A stretch of 24,000 nt of DNA from Carnobacterium maltaromaticum DSM 20342. GTDB lineage: Bacteria; Bacillota; Bacilli; Lactobacillales; Carnobacteriaceae. The translations under genes were made by a program, and so were the position numbers. Each line of letters begins with the position of its first letter. Positions within the stretch are counted from its first letter, which is position 1. Shown piece after piece: positions 16,931 through 24,000 of this stretch. Location: positions 3,087,130-3,111,129 of the forward strand of contig NZ_JQMX01000001.1 in NCBI RefSeq assembly GCF_000744945.1, written 5' to 3'. The notes beneath the pieces were generated by a model. That model ran no database searches. It worked only from the letters and a program-made list of their open reading frames with translations, and was not told where the DNA came from.

Positions 16931-18316
16931 TCATTCCTCCAATTCATTTTTAGGGTGCACAATAGCACCATTTTTTATATAGTGTGTAAATTCTTCAAAA
17001 ATAGCTTCGAAAAGATTGATTTCAGTCGTCACTTTAGGTGTTAAAAGTTCTTTTGGAAAATAAAAGCGCTCATCTCCACGAGTTTTTCCTGTGATTGCCG
17101 CAACAATATCACTAGCTTTCGACAACTCAATAAAACTGCCATCTGCTTGGACTAACTCAATTTGGGTTCGTGTATTCACCGTTTCAGGACGATAAAAATC
17201 ATACGGCAAATCAAAACTATTATTTAATGCCGTGTAGTAATCAGTATCATAGCCAGCTTCGGTAATCAACATCTTCATTTTTTCGATGATATCTAAATCA
17301 GTTGCTAAATCAAATGAAACAGATTTAAATACATGTCGATCAAGAAAACGATGTGCCAAATCACTTAAAACCGAATCCTTTTCAGTCCGCCATTGGGTAA
17401 AATAAGTGTTTAGAACGCCGTCGTCAAGATTAAGATAATCCGTTAGTGAAAAGTTCTTTTCAAAAAAAGGAGCAAGTAACTGAACCGGTGATTGGAATTC
17501 ATAATCAGGGCTCAAATAAAGTTCTTTTGCTCGTTTCAATAGATGGTTTAAGATGACCTCCATACTTCTTGAAACAGGGTGAAAATAAACTTGCATATAC
17601 ATTTGATAGCGACTAACAATGTAATCTTCAACCGCATGCATCCCCGAAATTTGGAAAGAAATTCCCTCGTTATAAGGGCGGATGACTCTCAAAATTCGAG
17701 TTAAATCAAATGTACCATAATTAACCCCAGTATAATAGGCATCACGCAATAAATAGTCCATACGATCGGCATCAATTTGACTAGAAATTAATTGAACAAC
17801 TTGCGGATTTGGATACGTTTTTTGAATGACACTCGCAACTTTTTCAGGAAAATCAAAACTAACTTGTTTCAAAATTCGATTGACTTCCGTTTCTTCCGAA
17901 GTAATGATTGCCACCGTAATAGCTTCATGATCCGTCTCAAAAATCCGTTCAAAAGTATGAGAATAAGGGCCGTGACCAATATCATGTAACAAAGCGGCAC
18001 AAAGGACCACTAAGCGTTCTGAATCATCCCACCCTCCGTCGCCAGGGACAACCATTGGAAAGTTTCTAGAAAACTTATCACAGATTCGTCTAGCAATTTC
18101 ATAGACACCTAGTGAATGAGTAAAACGCGTATGTTCTGCACCATGAAACGTATAAGAAGACGTGCCTAGTTGCTTGATTCTGCGTAATCTTTGAAACTCA
18201 CGGCTATCAATTAAATCTAAAATGACTTGATATTGGACATGGATGTAGTCATGGACTGGATCACGAAAAACTTTTTCAACAGGCAGTAGTTGATCTTTAT
18301 ACGGGACAAAATTCAT
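16931..18316 (-). CDS. HD-domain deoxynucleoside triphosphate triphosphohydrolase-like protein (YwfO/EF1143 type)
   Basis: VFRDPVHDYIHV, RLRRIKQLGTS and HTRFTHSLGV, together with LLHDIGHGPYSH, form the HD motif. The ATGA start/stop overlap with lipL indicates an operon. Confidence 0.85.
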   Translation of the reverse strand: MNFVPYKDQLLPVEKVFRDPVHDYIHVQYQVILDLIDSREFQRLRRIKQLGTSSYTFHGAEHTRFTHSLGVYEIARRICDKFSRNFPMVVPGDGGWDDSERLVVLCAALLHDIGHGPYSHTFERIFETDHEAITVAIITSEETEVNRILKQVSFDFPEKVASVIQKTYPNPQVVQLISSQIDADRMDYLLRDAYYTGVNYGTFDLTRILRVIRPYNEGISFQISGMHAVEDYIVSRYQMYMQVYFHPVSRSMEVILNHLLKRAKELYLSPDYEFQSPVQLLAPFFEKNFSLTDYLNLDDGVLNTYFTQWRTEKDSVLSDLAHRFLDRHVFKSVSFDLATDLDIIEKMKMLITEAGYDTDYYTALNNSFDLPYDFYRPETVNTRTQIELVQADGSFIELSKASDIVAAITGKTRGDERFYFPKELLTPKVTTEINLFEAIFEEFTHYIKNGAIVHPKNELEE

Positions 18317-19185
18317 AACAACAACTCCTTATTCAAATTTTCTTGCAACATTTGTTCATTGCGTTGCACCATTTTTCCGAATGCTACTTGGTAATCAGCA
18401 ACTAAATCAGAATCATACTGTCCTTTAATTAAGGTATTATTATTATCAGACAAGGTTTTTAAAATCATTTTTTTGACATCGGAAACTGAAAATGACGTAT
18501 CTAATAGTTCTTCTAGTGTAGCCATAACCGCAGGGTTTACATGTGGAAATTTCCATTTAGTTTCTTCACCTTGCAGCCCTTCATGGTAAAAATCATGTAA
18601 CATTTCAGCACGTTTTTCTTGATTGCCGTTGACACTCAAATAAATCATAACACCAATTCCATTCCGTAAGCGACGTTGGGCAATCCCAGCAAATTTCTTG
18701 CCATCAATACTTAAATCAAAATCGCCCGGACAATAAGATTCCGTAATTTCGTATGCTTCAATTGATTTCCCATAAGCTTTGAAGGTGTTGTGAATCAAGC
18801 GAAACATATAATGGTAGCCTTCATCAATACTGATTTTATGAGTTGGATTGTCAGGAAAAATCATTGAAAGATTTAACACACCAGCATCTGCTACAACACC
18901 TAAACCGCCAGCGTTGCGAACGATATAATTTTTATTGTAACGGGCTAAACTGTCTAATCCAGTTGAAAAGTGGGGCAATTTTGTATCCATCATACCTAAA
19001 ATAACAAGCTCGTCCGCCGTCCAAAAATGCAAAACTGGTTCTTTTTGGGCTTCTCCAACACGTTTAATTAAACTATCGCCTAATGCGAAATGAGATAAAA
19101 AACGATTAGAAAAAGGCATAGTATCAGAGTCGTACAAGGTATAGCTTTGTTCTTTTAAATAATCAATCTGTTTTACTTCAGACAT
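18313..19185 (-). CDS. lipL: Octanoyl-[GcvH]:protein N-octanoyltransferase (lipoate-protein ligase family, LipL type)
   Basis: 290 aa. VRNAGGLGVVADAGVLNLSMIF and EAYEITESYCPGDFDLSIDGKKFAGIAQRRL closely parallel B. subtilis LipL as I recall it. Synteny with the ywfO-like HD gene matches B. subtilis. Confidence 0.8.
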   Translation of the reverse strand: MSEVKQIDYLKEQSYTLYDSDTMPFSNRFLSHFALGDSLIKRVGEAQKEPVLHFWTADELVILGMMDTKLPHFSTGLDSLARYNKNYIVRNAGGLGVVADAGVLNLSMIFPDNPTHKISIDEGYHYMFRLIHNTFKAYGKSIEAYEITESYCPGDFDLSIDGKKFAGIAQRRLRNGIGVMIYLSVNGNQEKRAEMLHDFYHEGLQGEETKWKFPHVNPAVMATLEELLDTSFSVSDVKKMILKTLSDNNNTLIKGQYDSDLVADYQVAFGKMVQRNEQMLQENLNKELLL

Positions 19186-19297
19186 GTAATCCTCTTCCTT
19201 TATAAGCTAAAAATTAGCATGGATTCTTTATTCATTAATCTAATCGGATATCAAAGCAAACGAACTTATTTTTGCTCTGAACTCCTTCTACCTAGCT

Positions 19298-19306
19298 ATT
19301 ATAACA
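19298..19306 (-). promoter_or_regulatory. Candidate extended -10 promoter for the lipL operon
   Basis: The minus strand reads TGtTATAAT, a perfect extended -10, about 110 nt upstream of the lipL ATG. Confidence 0.5.
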
Positions 19307-19372
19307 AAAATAAGACAAGATAGCCGATATTCTGCCGAATTTTAAAAAAATGCTAAGAGTTTGGCAGATTTC

Positions 19373-19402
19373 TTGACCTGAATTTGCTAAAAAGGCTATA
19401 CT
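19373..19402 (+). promoter_or_regulatory. Candidate sigma-A promoter for the E1 alpha/beta genes
   Basis: TTGACC (19373-19378), an 18-nt spacer, then TATACT (19397-19402). Downstream lies a 7-bp inverted repeat, TTTACAA (19404-19410) and TTGTAAA (19430-19436), which flanks the palindrome TTGATCAA. Confidence 0.55.
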
Positions 19403-19449
19403 GTTTACAATTGATCAAAGTGAGAACATTTGTAAAGGTAGGTGAGAGG

Positions 19450-20439
19450 ATGACGAGCCACATTCAAAATTTGGCAGGTCTAACAGATAATCAGTTAAAA
19501 GAAATCTATCAAGTCATGTGGGAAATCCGTTTTTTTGACGAACAAGTTGAAGCTCTATTTCGTGCTGGAGAAATTCATGGAACAACGCATTTATCGATTG
19601 GGCAAGAAGCAACAGCAGCAGCTTCAGGATATTTATTAAAGACAAGCGATTGGATTACCTCAACCCATCGCGGTCACGGACATACAATCGCAAAAGGAAC
19701 CAGTATGACAGCTATGATGGCGGAACTATTTGGTAAGAAAAATGGCACGAATCACGGCAAAGGCGGCAGCATGCATATTGCTGAATTGGCAACTGGAAAC
19801 ATCGGATCCAATGGAATTGTTGGAGCTGGTTATCCAATTGCAGTTGGAGCCGCTTTGAGTGCTCAAATGCAAGGAACAGGAGCTGTGACTATTTGTTACG
19901 CTGGAGATGGTTCAACAAACGAAGGTAGTTTTCATGAAGCCTTAAATATGGCTTCCATTTGGAATTTACCAGTGATTTTCTTCATTGAAAATAATCAGTA
20001 TGGTATGAGCAGTAAGATTGATCAGATGGTTAACATTCCTAGGCTGGCTATGCGCGCAGATAGTTATGGTTTCCCAGGAGTCACAATTGATGGGAATGAC
20101 ATCATTGCTGTTTTAGATGCGACTCAAACAGCTATTAAAAGGGCGCAGGACGGGCATGGCCCGACTTTGATAGAAGCTCTAACTTATCGTTTCAAGGGTC
20201 ATTCTAAGTCAGATAAGCGTGTTTATCGAACGAAAGAAGAAGAAGAGCAATGGCAGATCGAACGAGATCCCCTAAAATTGACGGCGACACTCTTTGAACA
20301 AGAAGGAGTTGCTAGTGAAATAGAACTAGCTGAAATTAAGCACAAAGCGCAAGCAAAAGTGGCAGAAGCCGTAGCAGAAGCTCGACTGGGTGAAAATCCA
20401 ACGCTAGCTGATTTATATACGGATGTGTACGCAGAATAG
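19450..20439 (+). CDS. Thiamine-diphosphate-dependent 2-oxoacid dehydrogenase E1 alpha subunit, AcoA-like
   Basis: TSTHRGHGHTIAKG, GKGGSMH and the TPP motif GDGSTNEGSFHEALNMASIWNLPVIFFIENNQYGMS. ATG 19450 (GGTGAGAGG SD) is preferred over the track's TTG 19384. Confidence 0.85.
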   Translation: MTSHIQNLAGLTDNQLKEIYQVMWEIRFFDEQVEALFRAGEIHGTTHLSIGQEATAAASGYLLKTSDWITSTHRGHGHTIAKGTSMTAMMAELFGKKNGTNHGKGGSMHIAELATGNIGSNGIVGAGYPIAVGAALSAQMQGTGAVTICYAGDGSTNEGSFHEALNMASIWNLPVIFFIENNQYGMSSKIDQMVNIPRLAMRADSYGFPGVTIDGNDIIAVLDATQTAIKRAQDGHGPTLIEALTYRFKGHSKSDKRVYRTKEEEEQWQIERDPLKLTATLFEQEGVASEIELAEIKHKAQAKVAEAVAEARLGENPTLADLYTDVYAE

Positions 20440-20451
20440 GAGGGACTAGTT

Positions 20452-21450
20452 TTGAGAGAATTAACTTATATTGAAGCCATTAACGAAGCGCTAGATGAAG
20501 CGCTGGCTGAAGATCAAACAGTCTTTTTATTAGGCGAAGATATTGGTGTATATGGTGGTGGCTTTGGAGCAACGAAAGGCTTAATCGAAAAATACGGGAG
20601 TCAACGGATTCGTTGTACACCAATATCAGAAAGTGCGATTGCTGGAGCAGCAGTTGGCGCAGCGATTACTGGCTTACGCCCAATTATTGAATTGCAATTC
20701 TCCGACTTTATTACGATTGCAATGGATCAACTTGTAAATCAGGCGGCAAAAATCCATTATATGTATGGGGGAAAAGCTCAAGTTCCCTTAGTGATGCGCA
20801 CAGCAGGCGGTTCGGGAACAGGTGCGGCTGCTCAGCATTCCCAAAGTCTAGAAAATTGGACGGCTCACATCCCTGGCTTAAAAGTTGTACAACCAGCGAC
20901 TGCATATGATGCAAAAGGTTTGCTGCATGCAGCGATTGCTGACAATAATCCCGTGATGTTTTATGAACATAAACTTTGCTACAAAACAGTTTCAGATGTT
21001 CCAAATGAAAAATACATTATTCCCTTAGGCGTGGCTGATATCAAACGAGCAGGGAGTGATATTACCGTAGTTGCAACAGGGATTATGGTACACAAAACAT
21101 TAGACGTTGCAGAAGAATTGGCTAAAAAAGGCCTTTCTTTGGAAGTTATTGACCCAAGAACATTGGTACCATTAGATACTGAAACGATTATTAATTCTGT
21201 GAAAAAGACTGGACGTTTATTAGTGGTTCATGAAGCGGTTAAACGCAGTGGTTTTGGTGGTGAGGTAGCTAGTGTCGTGGCAGAAAGCTCGGCTTTTTAC
21301 CAACTAAAAGCCCCAATTAAGCGACTAGGTGGAGCTGCAGTACCTATGCCTTATCAGAAAGACTTAGAAAAAAATGCGATTCCTCAAGTCGAGGATATTT
21401 ATCAAGCAGCCTTAGAAGTGATGGAAGCAAGCTTAGTTAAAGAGAAGTAG
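20452..21450 (+). CDS. 2-oxoacid dehydrogenase E1 beta subunit, AcoB-like
   Basis: Transketolase-like pyrimidine-binding and C-terminal domains ([33 protein letters not shown]). TTG start with TAGGAGGG SD. Confidence 0.85.
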   Translation: MRELTYIEAINEALDEALAEDQTVFLLGEDIGVYGGGFGATKGLIEKYGSQRIRCTPISESAIAGAAVGAAITGLRPIIELQFSDFITIAMDQLVNQAAKIHYMYGGKAQVPLVMRTAGGSGTGAAAQHSQSLENWTAHIPGLKVVQPATAYDAKGLLHAAIADNNPVMFYEHKLCYKTVSDVPNEKYIIPLGVADIKRAGSDITVVATGIMVHKTLDVAEELAKKGLSLEVIDPRTLVPLDTETIINSVKKTGRLLVVHEAVKRSGFGGEVASVVAESSAFYQLKAPIKRLGGAAVPMPYQKDLEKNAIPQVEDIYQAALEVMEASLVKEK

Positions 21451-21490
21451 AGTGTTTGACTAAAAAGCGAAATGGTGAAAATAGCCATTC

Positions 21491-21541
21491 TTCCTATTTT
21501 CTTGCCGGAGCTACCCGACTCAACGAGCTTTTTATTCAAGG
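21491..21541. repeat. Direct repeat, copy 1, in the E1beta-sorC intergenic region
   Basis: TTCCTATTTTCTTGCCGGAGCTACCCGACTCAACGAGCTTTTTATTCAAGG aligns with copy 2 at roughly 80% identity by eye. Confidence 0.8.
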
Positions 21542-21614
21542 CTAGTTCTTTTGAGCCAGTCCTTCGGAAAAAAGATAAATTCCCAAAAAAGTAAAGAGCC
21601 ACTTTTCTTGGAAT

Positions 21615-21664
21615 TTCCTATTTTTCTGCCAGGCCTAACCGGCTCAACAAACTTTTTATTAAGG
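21615..21664. repeat. Direct repeat, copy 2 (its 3' end supplies the SD of the SorC-family gene)
   Basis: TTCCTATTTTTCTGCCAGGCCTAACCGGCTCAACAAACTTTTTATTAAGG. The repeat period is about 124 nt. Confidence 0.8.
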
Positions 21665-21678
21665 AGAACAGACAGACA

Positions 21679-22653
21679 ATGAAATACACTGAGGATCGAC
21701 GGAAAATTTTAAAAGTAGCAACGATGTATTATTCAGAAGGTTTAACCCAAGCTGAAATTGCCCGAAAAATTGGAATTTCTCGTCCAGTTATTTCAAAGTT
21801 GTTACGAGAAGCGCGTGATCTTGGTATTGTGGAAATTTATATCAAGGATGAAAATGCTTATTCAATCTCTTTAGCCTTAGAAATCGAAAAGAAATTTCAA
21901 CTTAAGGATGTTATTGTCGTGCCAGATGGACAAGATAATTCTCCAGCAACTTTAAAGAAAAATGTTGCTAGAGCGGCAGCCTTATATGTTGCAAATAAAT
22001 TAGATCAAGTTAGCAGTGTTGGCGTTAGTTGGGGAACAACTGTGGCTGAAGTTATTGATGAAATGCCTTTTCTTAGCTATCCAAATGTAACGATTCATCC
22101 TTTGGTAGGAGGGGTTGCTAGTCATCATTTGTTTTTAGATGCCAATCATTTAGCTTTTTTATTTTCGCAAAAATGTTCAGCTAAATGTACCTATTTTTAT
22201 GCACCAGCTTTGGCTGAAAGTAAAGAGTTGAAGCACATATTAGAAACATCAAGTCTTGCATTGGAGGCGTTGAAAAAAGCCAAGCAAGTCGACATGGCAA
22301 TTATTGGCGTTGGAAACCCAGTTACATCAAGTACCTGGGAAGAACTTGCTTATATTCATAGTGCTGAATTAAAAAAACTAAAAGAACTAGGTGTAGTAGG
22401 TGATGCAGTGGCTTCATTTTTTGATGCTACAGGAAAAGAATTAAGCACAGATTTAACTCAGCGTTTGATGGGCGTGACAATTGAAGATTTACGCAAAGTT
22501 AAGAATGTCATCGCTGTTGCATCAGGCTTGGATAAAATTTTAAGTATTAAAGCTTTGCTAATGGCTGGTATATTAGATACTATAGTAATTGATCAAAGAA
22601 TGGCAGAAGAATTAAGTCAGTCAACTGAAATAGAAAATAAAGGAGTAGAATAA
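21679..22653 (+). CDS. SorC/DeoR(Bsu)/CggR-family sugar-phosphate-binding transcriptional regulator
   Basis: N-terminal HTH (YSEGLTQAEIARKIGISRPVISKLLREAR) and a C-terminal sugar-binding-like domain (VGVSWGTT...AIIGVG...AVASG). 324 aa. Confidence 0.85.
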   Translation: MKYTEDRRKILKVATMYYSEGLTQAEIARKIGISRPVISKLLREARDLGIVEIYIKDENAYSISLALEIEKKFQLKDVIVVPDGQDNSPATLKKNVARAAALYVANKLDQVSSVGVSWGTTVAEVIDEMPFLSYPNVTIHPLVGGVASHHLFLDANHLAFLFSQKCSAKCTYFYAPALAESKELKHILETSSLALEALKKAKQVDMAIIGVGNPVTSSTWEELAYIHSAELKKLKELGVVGDAVASFFDATGKELSTDLTQRLMGVTIEDLRKVKNVIAVASGLDKILSIKALLMAGILDTIVIDQRMAEELSQSTEIENKGVE

Positions 22654-23085
22654 ATGGATTTAAAAGCAGGTACAGATGTAAAAATTCATCTGGAGACACA
22701 AGTTACCCAATATGCAGAACCAGAAAAACATGTTTTCGATGTAATGGGACAAATGGTACAAATGGGTTCTGGTCTTTATTTACGTTATATAGAAGTAGAA
22801 GGTGACATCGAAATTCCAGTTACTATTAAAGTTGAAGCCGATGGCACAATTACATTAATTCGTGCTGGTGAGACGCGAACACGATTGCGTTTTGGTAAAG
22901 GTGAACGTTATGTTACAAATTATAATACCCCTCAAGGAGTCGTAGCTTTAGAGACTATGACAAATAAAATGCAAGTCAGCTTAAGAGATCAACCCTTTTC
23001 TGGTGAAATAGAAATCCACTATGATTTGTATTTAGGTGAAGAAAAATTAGGAGAATACAAATTACAATTGCTTTTTACTGCCTAA
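22654..23085 (+). CDS. DUF1934-family beta-barrel protein (YwiB-like)
   Basis: 143 aa with composition and length typical of the family. The start codon abuts the sorC stop (TAAATG), and AGGAG lies 8 nt upstream. A position upstream of rpoE is common in Firmicutes as I recall. Confidence 0.65.
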   Translation: MDLKAGTDVKIHLETQVTQYAEPEKHVFDVMGQMVQMGSGLYLRYIEVEGDIEIPVTIKVEADGTITLIRAGETRTRLRFGKGERYVTNYNTPQGVVALETMTNKMQVSLRDQPFSGEIEIHYDLYLGEEKLGEYKLQLLFTA

Positions 23086-23129
23086 TTATTGTATGATAAA
23101 GAGTAGACTGTTGAAAGGACGTGGCGAAT

Positions 23130-23744
23130 GTGGAATTAAAACAATTTGACGGTATGAAAAAAGAAGAATTGTCGATGATTGAAGTAGCTCATGCCATTTT
23201 AGATGAAAAAGGAGATGTCTTAGAATTCTCTGAATTAGTAACGGCTATTCAGAAATATTTAGGCATTACTGTTGGTAAAATGAAGAAAAATACCCCTCAA
23301 TTTTATACAGATTTAAACATTGATGGAAGTTTTATTTCTTTAGGTGAAAATCGTTGGGGCTTACGTTCATGGTTCCCGATTGATTCAATTGATGAAGAAG
23401 TGTCTCATTCGAATGAGGAAGAAGATGAAGTTCCACGTCGTAAAAAACGTAAGAAAGTCAGTGCTTTTGTTCCAAATACAGATGATGATGATGTAATTGA
23501 TTATAACGATGATGATCCAGAAGACGAAGACGTTGTTTTAGTTGACGAAGAAGGTGTCGTTATTGATGATGAAGAAGAGTCAGAAAACGATTTAGTCGCT
23601 TACAAATCAGATTTAACTGAGATTGGTGCGGATGAAGACGAAGAAGACGAGTTGCCAGATGGTATTGAAGGTTCATTGACTTTAATTGAAGAAGATGATG
23701 AAGACGAAGATGAATTTGCTGACGAAGAAGAAGATAAAATATAA
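23130..23744 (+). CDS. rpoE: DNA-directed RNA polymerase delta subunit
   Basis: The N-terminal domain (ELKQFDG...SMIEVAHAIL...FYTDLNIDGSFISLGENRWGLRSWFP) and a long Asp/Glu C-terminal tail are diagnostic. GTG 23130 (MELKQF..., AAAGGA 23114-23119) is preferred over the track's GTG 23121, which has a 1-nt spacer. Confidence 0.9.
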   Translation: MELKQFDGMKKEELSMIEVAHAILDEKGDVLEFSELVTAIQKYLGITVGKMKKNTPQFYTDLNIDGSFISLGENRWGLRSWFPIDSIDEEVSHSNEEEDEVPRRKKRKKVSAFVPNTDDDDVIDYNDDDPEDEDVVLVDEEGVVIDDEEESENDLVAYKSDLTEIGADEDEEDELPDGIEGSLTLIEEDDEDEDEFADEEEDKI

Positions 23745-23800
23745 GAATAATAAAGAACGATATGTTATTGAATAAAATTATGAGAAAAAGCATAATTTTC

Positions 23801-23829
23801 TTGACGATTGGCTCTTTAGATTGTATTAT
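23801..23829 (+). promoter_or_regulatory. Sigma-A promoter of the pyrG-type leader
   Basis: TTGACG (23801-23806), a 17-nt spacer, then TATTAT (23824-23829). The predicted start is the first G of GGGC at 23837. Confidence 0.65.
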
Positions 23830-23886
23830 CTTTATTGGGCTCCCTAAAGAGAAATCTTGCAGGACCAATGAGATAAAATGATAATC

Positions 23887-23930
23887 AAGCTCCCTGTTCA
23901 TTATGAATGGGGGGCTTTCTTTTATTTTTT
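23887..23930 (+). terminator. Leader terminator (attenuator) with a C/U-rich 5' arm
   Basis: AAGCTCCCT (23887-23895) pairs with GGGGGGCTT (23909-17). The stem is extended by TTC/GAA pairs and followed by TTCTTTTATTTTTT. Confidence 0.75.
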
Positions 23931-24000
23931 ATAAACGAACCCTAGAATAAGTAAAATTAAATAACGATTTTCGTTTATTTGATTTTAAAAAGTTAGTCAT

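Noticed and set aside
16931-18316. HD-domain dNTP triphosphohydrolase as a possible anti-phage dNTP-depletion defence gene
   Set aside because: It is in an operon with lipL and a Cof phosphatase, in the same lipL-ywfO-type synteny I recall from Bacillus subtilis. It resembles the housekeeping enterococcal EF1143-type enzyme. No neighbouring defence or mobile genes are present.
17792-21004. Antisense ORFs 17792-17989 (in the HD gene) and 20711-21004 (in E1 beta)
   Set aside because: They are shadow ORFs within strongly motif-supported genes.
21402-21602. 66-aa minus-strand ORF, and a 40-aa plus-strand ORF (ATG 21472 to TAA 21594), in the repeat-containing spacer
   Set aside because: Neither has a Shine-Dalgarno sequence. 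The two repeat copies differ by indels, so no reading frame is conserved between them. The region is better explained as non-coding repeat.
23560-23901. 113-aa antisense ORF over the rpoE tail and the pyrG-type leader
   Set aside because: It arises from the complement of the GAA/GAT-rich acidic tail. The region is explained by rpoE plus the promoter and attenuator.
1-24000. Search by eye for rRNA or tRNA genes, CRISPR arrays, IS elements, integrases, prophage genes and toxin-antitoxin pairs
   Set aside because: I saw no regularly spaced repeats, no tRNA-like cloverleaf regions in the intergenic gaps (all under 270 nt and explained by promoters or terminators), and no transposase or recombinase-like ORFs. 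tRNAscan or Infernal would be needed for certainty.

Overview
This window looks like low-GC Firmicute chromosome, of Lactobacillales type (Enterococcaceae or Carnobacteriaceae by protein similarity recalled from memory; no search was run). It is densely coding. I found no rRNA, tRNA, CRISPR array, transposase or integrase. From left to right: (1) A tyramine-production locus with the 3' end of an APC amino-acid/amine permease, a PLP-dependent tyrosine decarboxylase and an NhaC Na+/H+ antiporter. (2) An AT-rich accessory stretch with a lipoprotein, a membrane-anchored TcaA/YvbJ-like protein, a YdeI-family protein and a 62-aa Cys4 zinc-ribbon protein. (3) The most interesting block, a six-gene operon: cytoplasmic glycosylasparaginase, HutC/GntR regulator, lactose/cellobiose-family PTS EIIB and EIIC, a stand-alone GrdB-N-terminal-like protein and a PepV-like M20 dipeptidase. 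It is preceded by a promoter covered by three GTATATAC palindromes. I interpret it as a PTS-dependent glycosyl-asparagine (N-glycan core or glycopeptide) catabolic system. (4) Housekeeping and stress genes: YdcF/DUF218, NUDIX, Ohr, 4-oxalocrotonate tautomerase, and a minus-strand lipL, HD-domain dNTPase, Cof-HAD operon. (5) An orphan AcoA/AcoB-like 2-oxoacid dehydrogenase E1 pair with no E2 or E3, followed by an intergenic region with a duplicated ~50-nt element. (6) A SorC-family regulator translationally coupled to a DUF1934 protein, then rpoE (RNAP delta). (7) At the right edge, a leader with the hallmarks of the pyrG CTP-sensing reiterative-transcription attenuator. Several ORF-track starts appear over-extended (nhaC, GrdB-like, 4-OT, E1 alpha, rpoE). 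All functional calls rest on motifs read from the translations and on recalled family knowledge.
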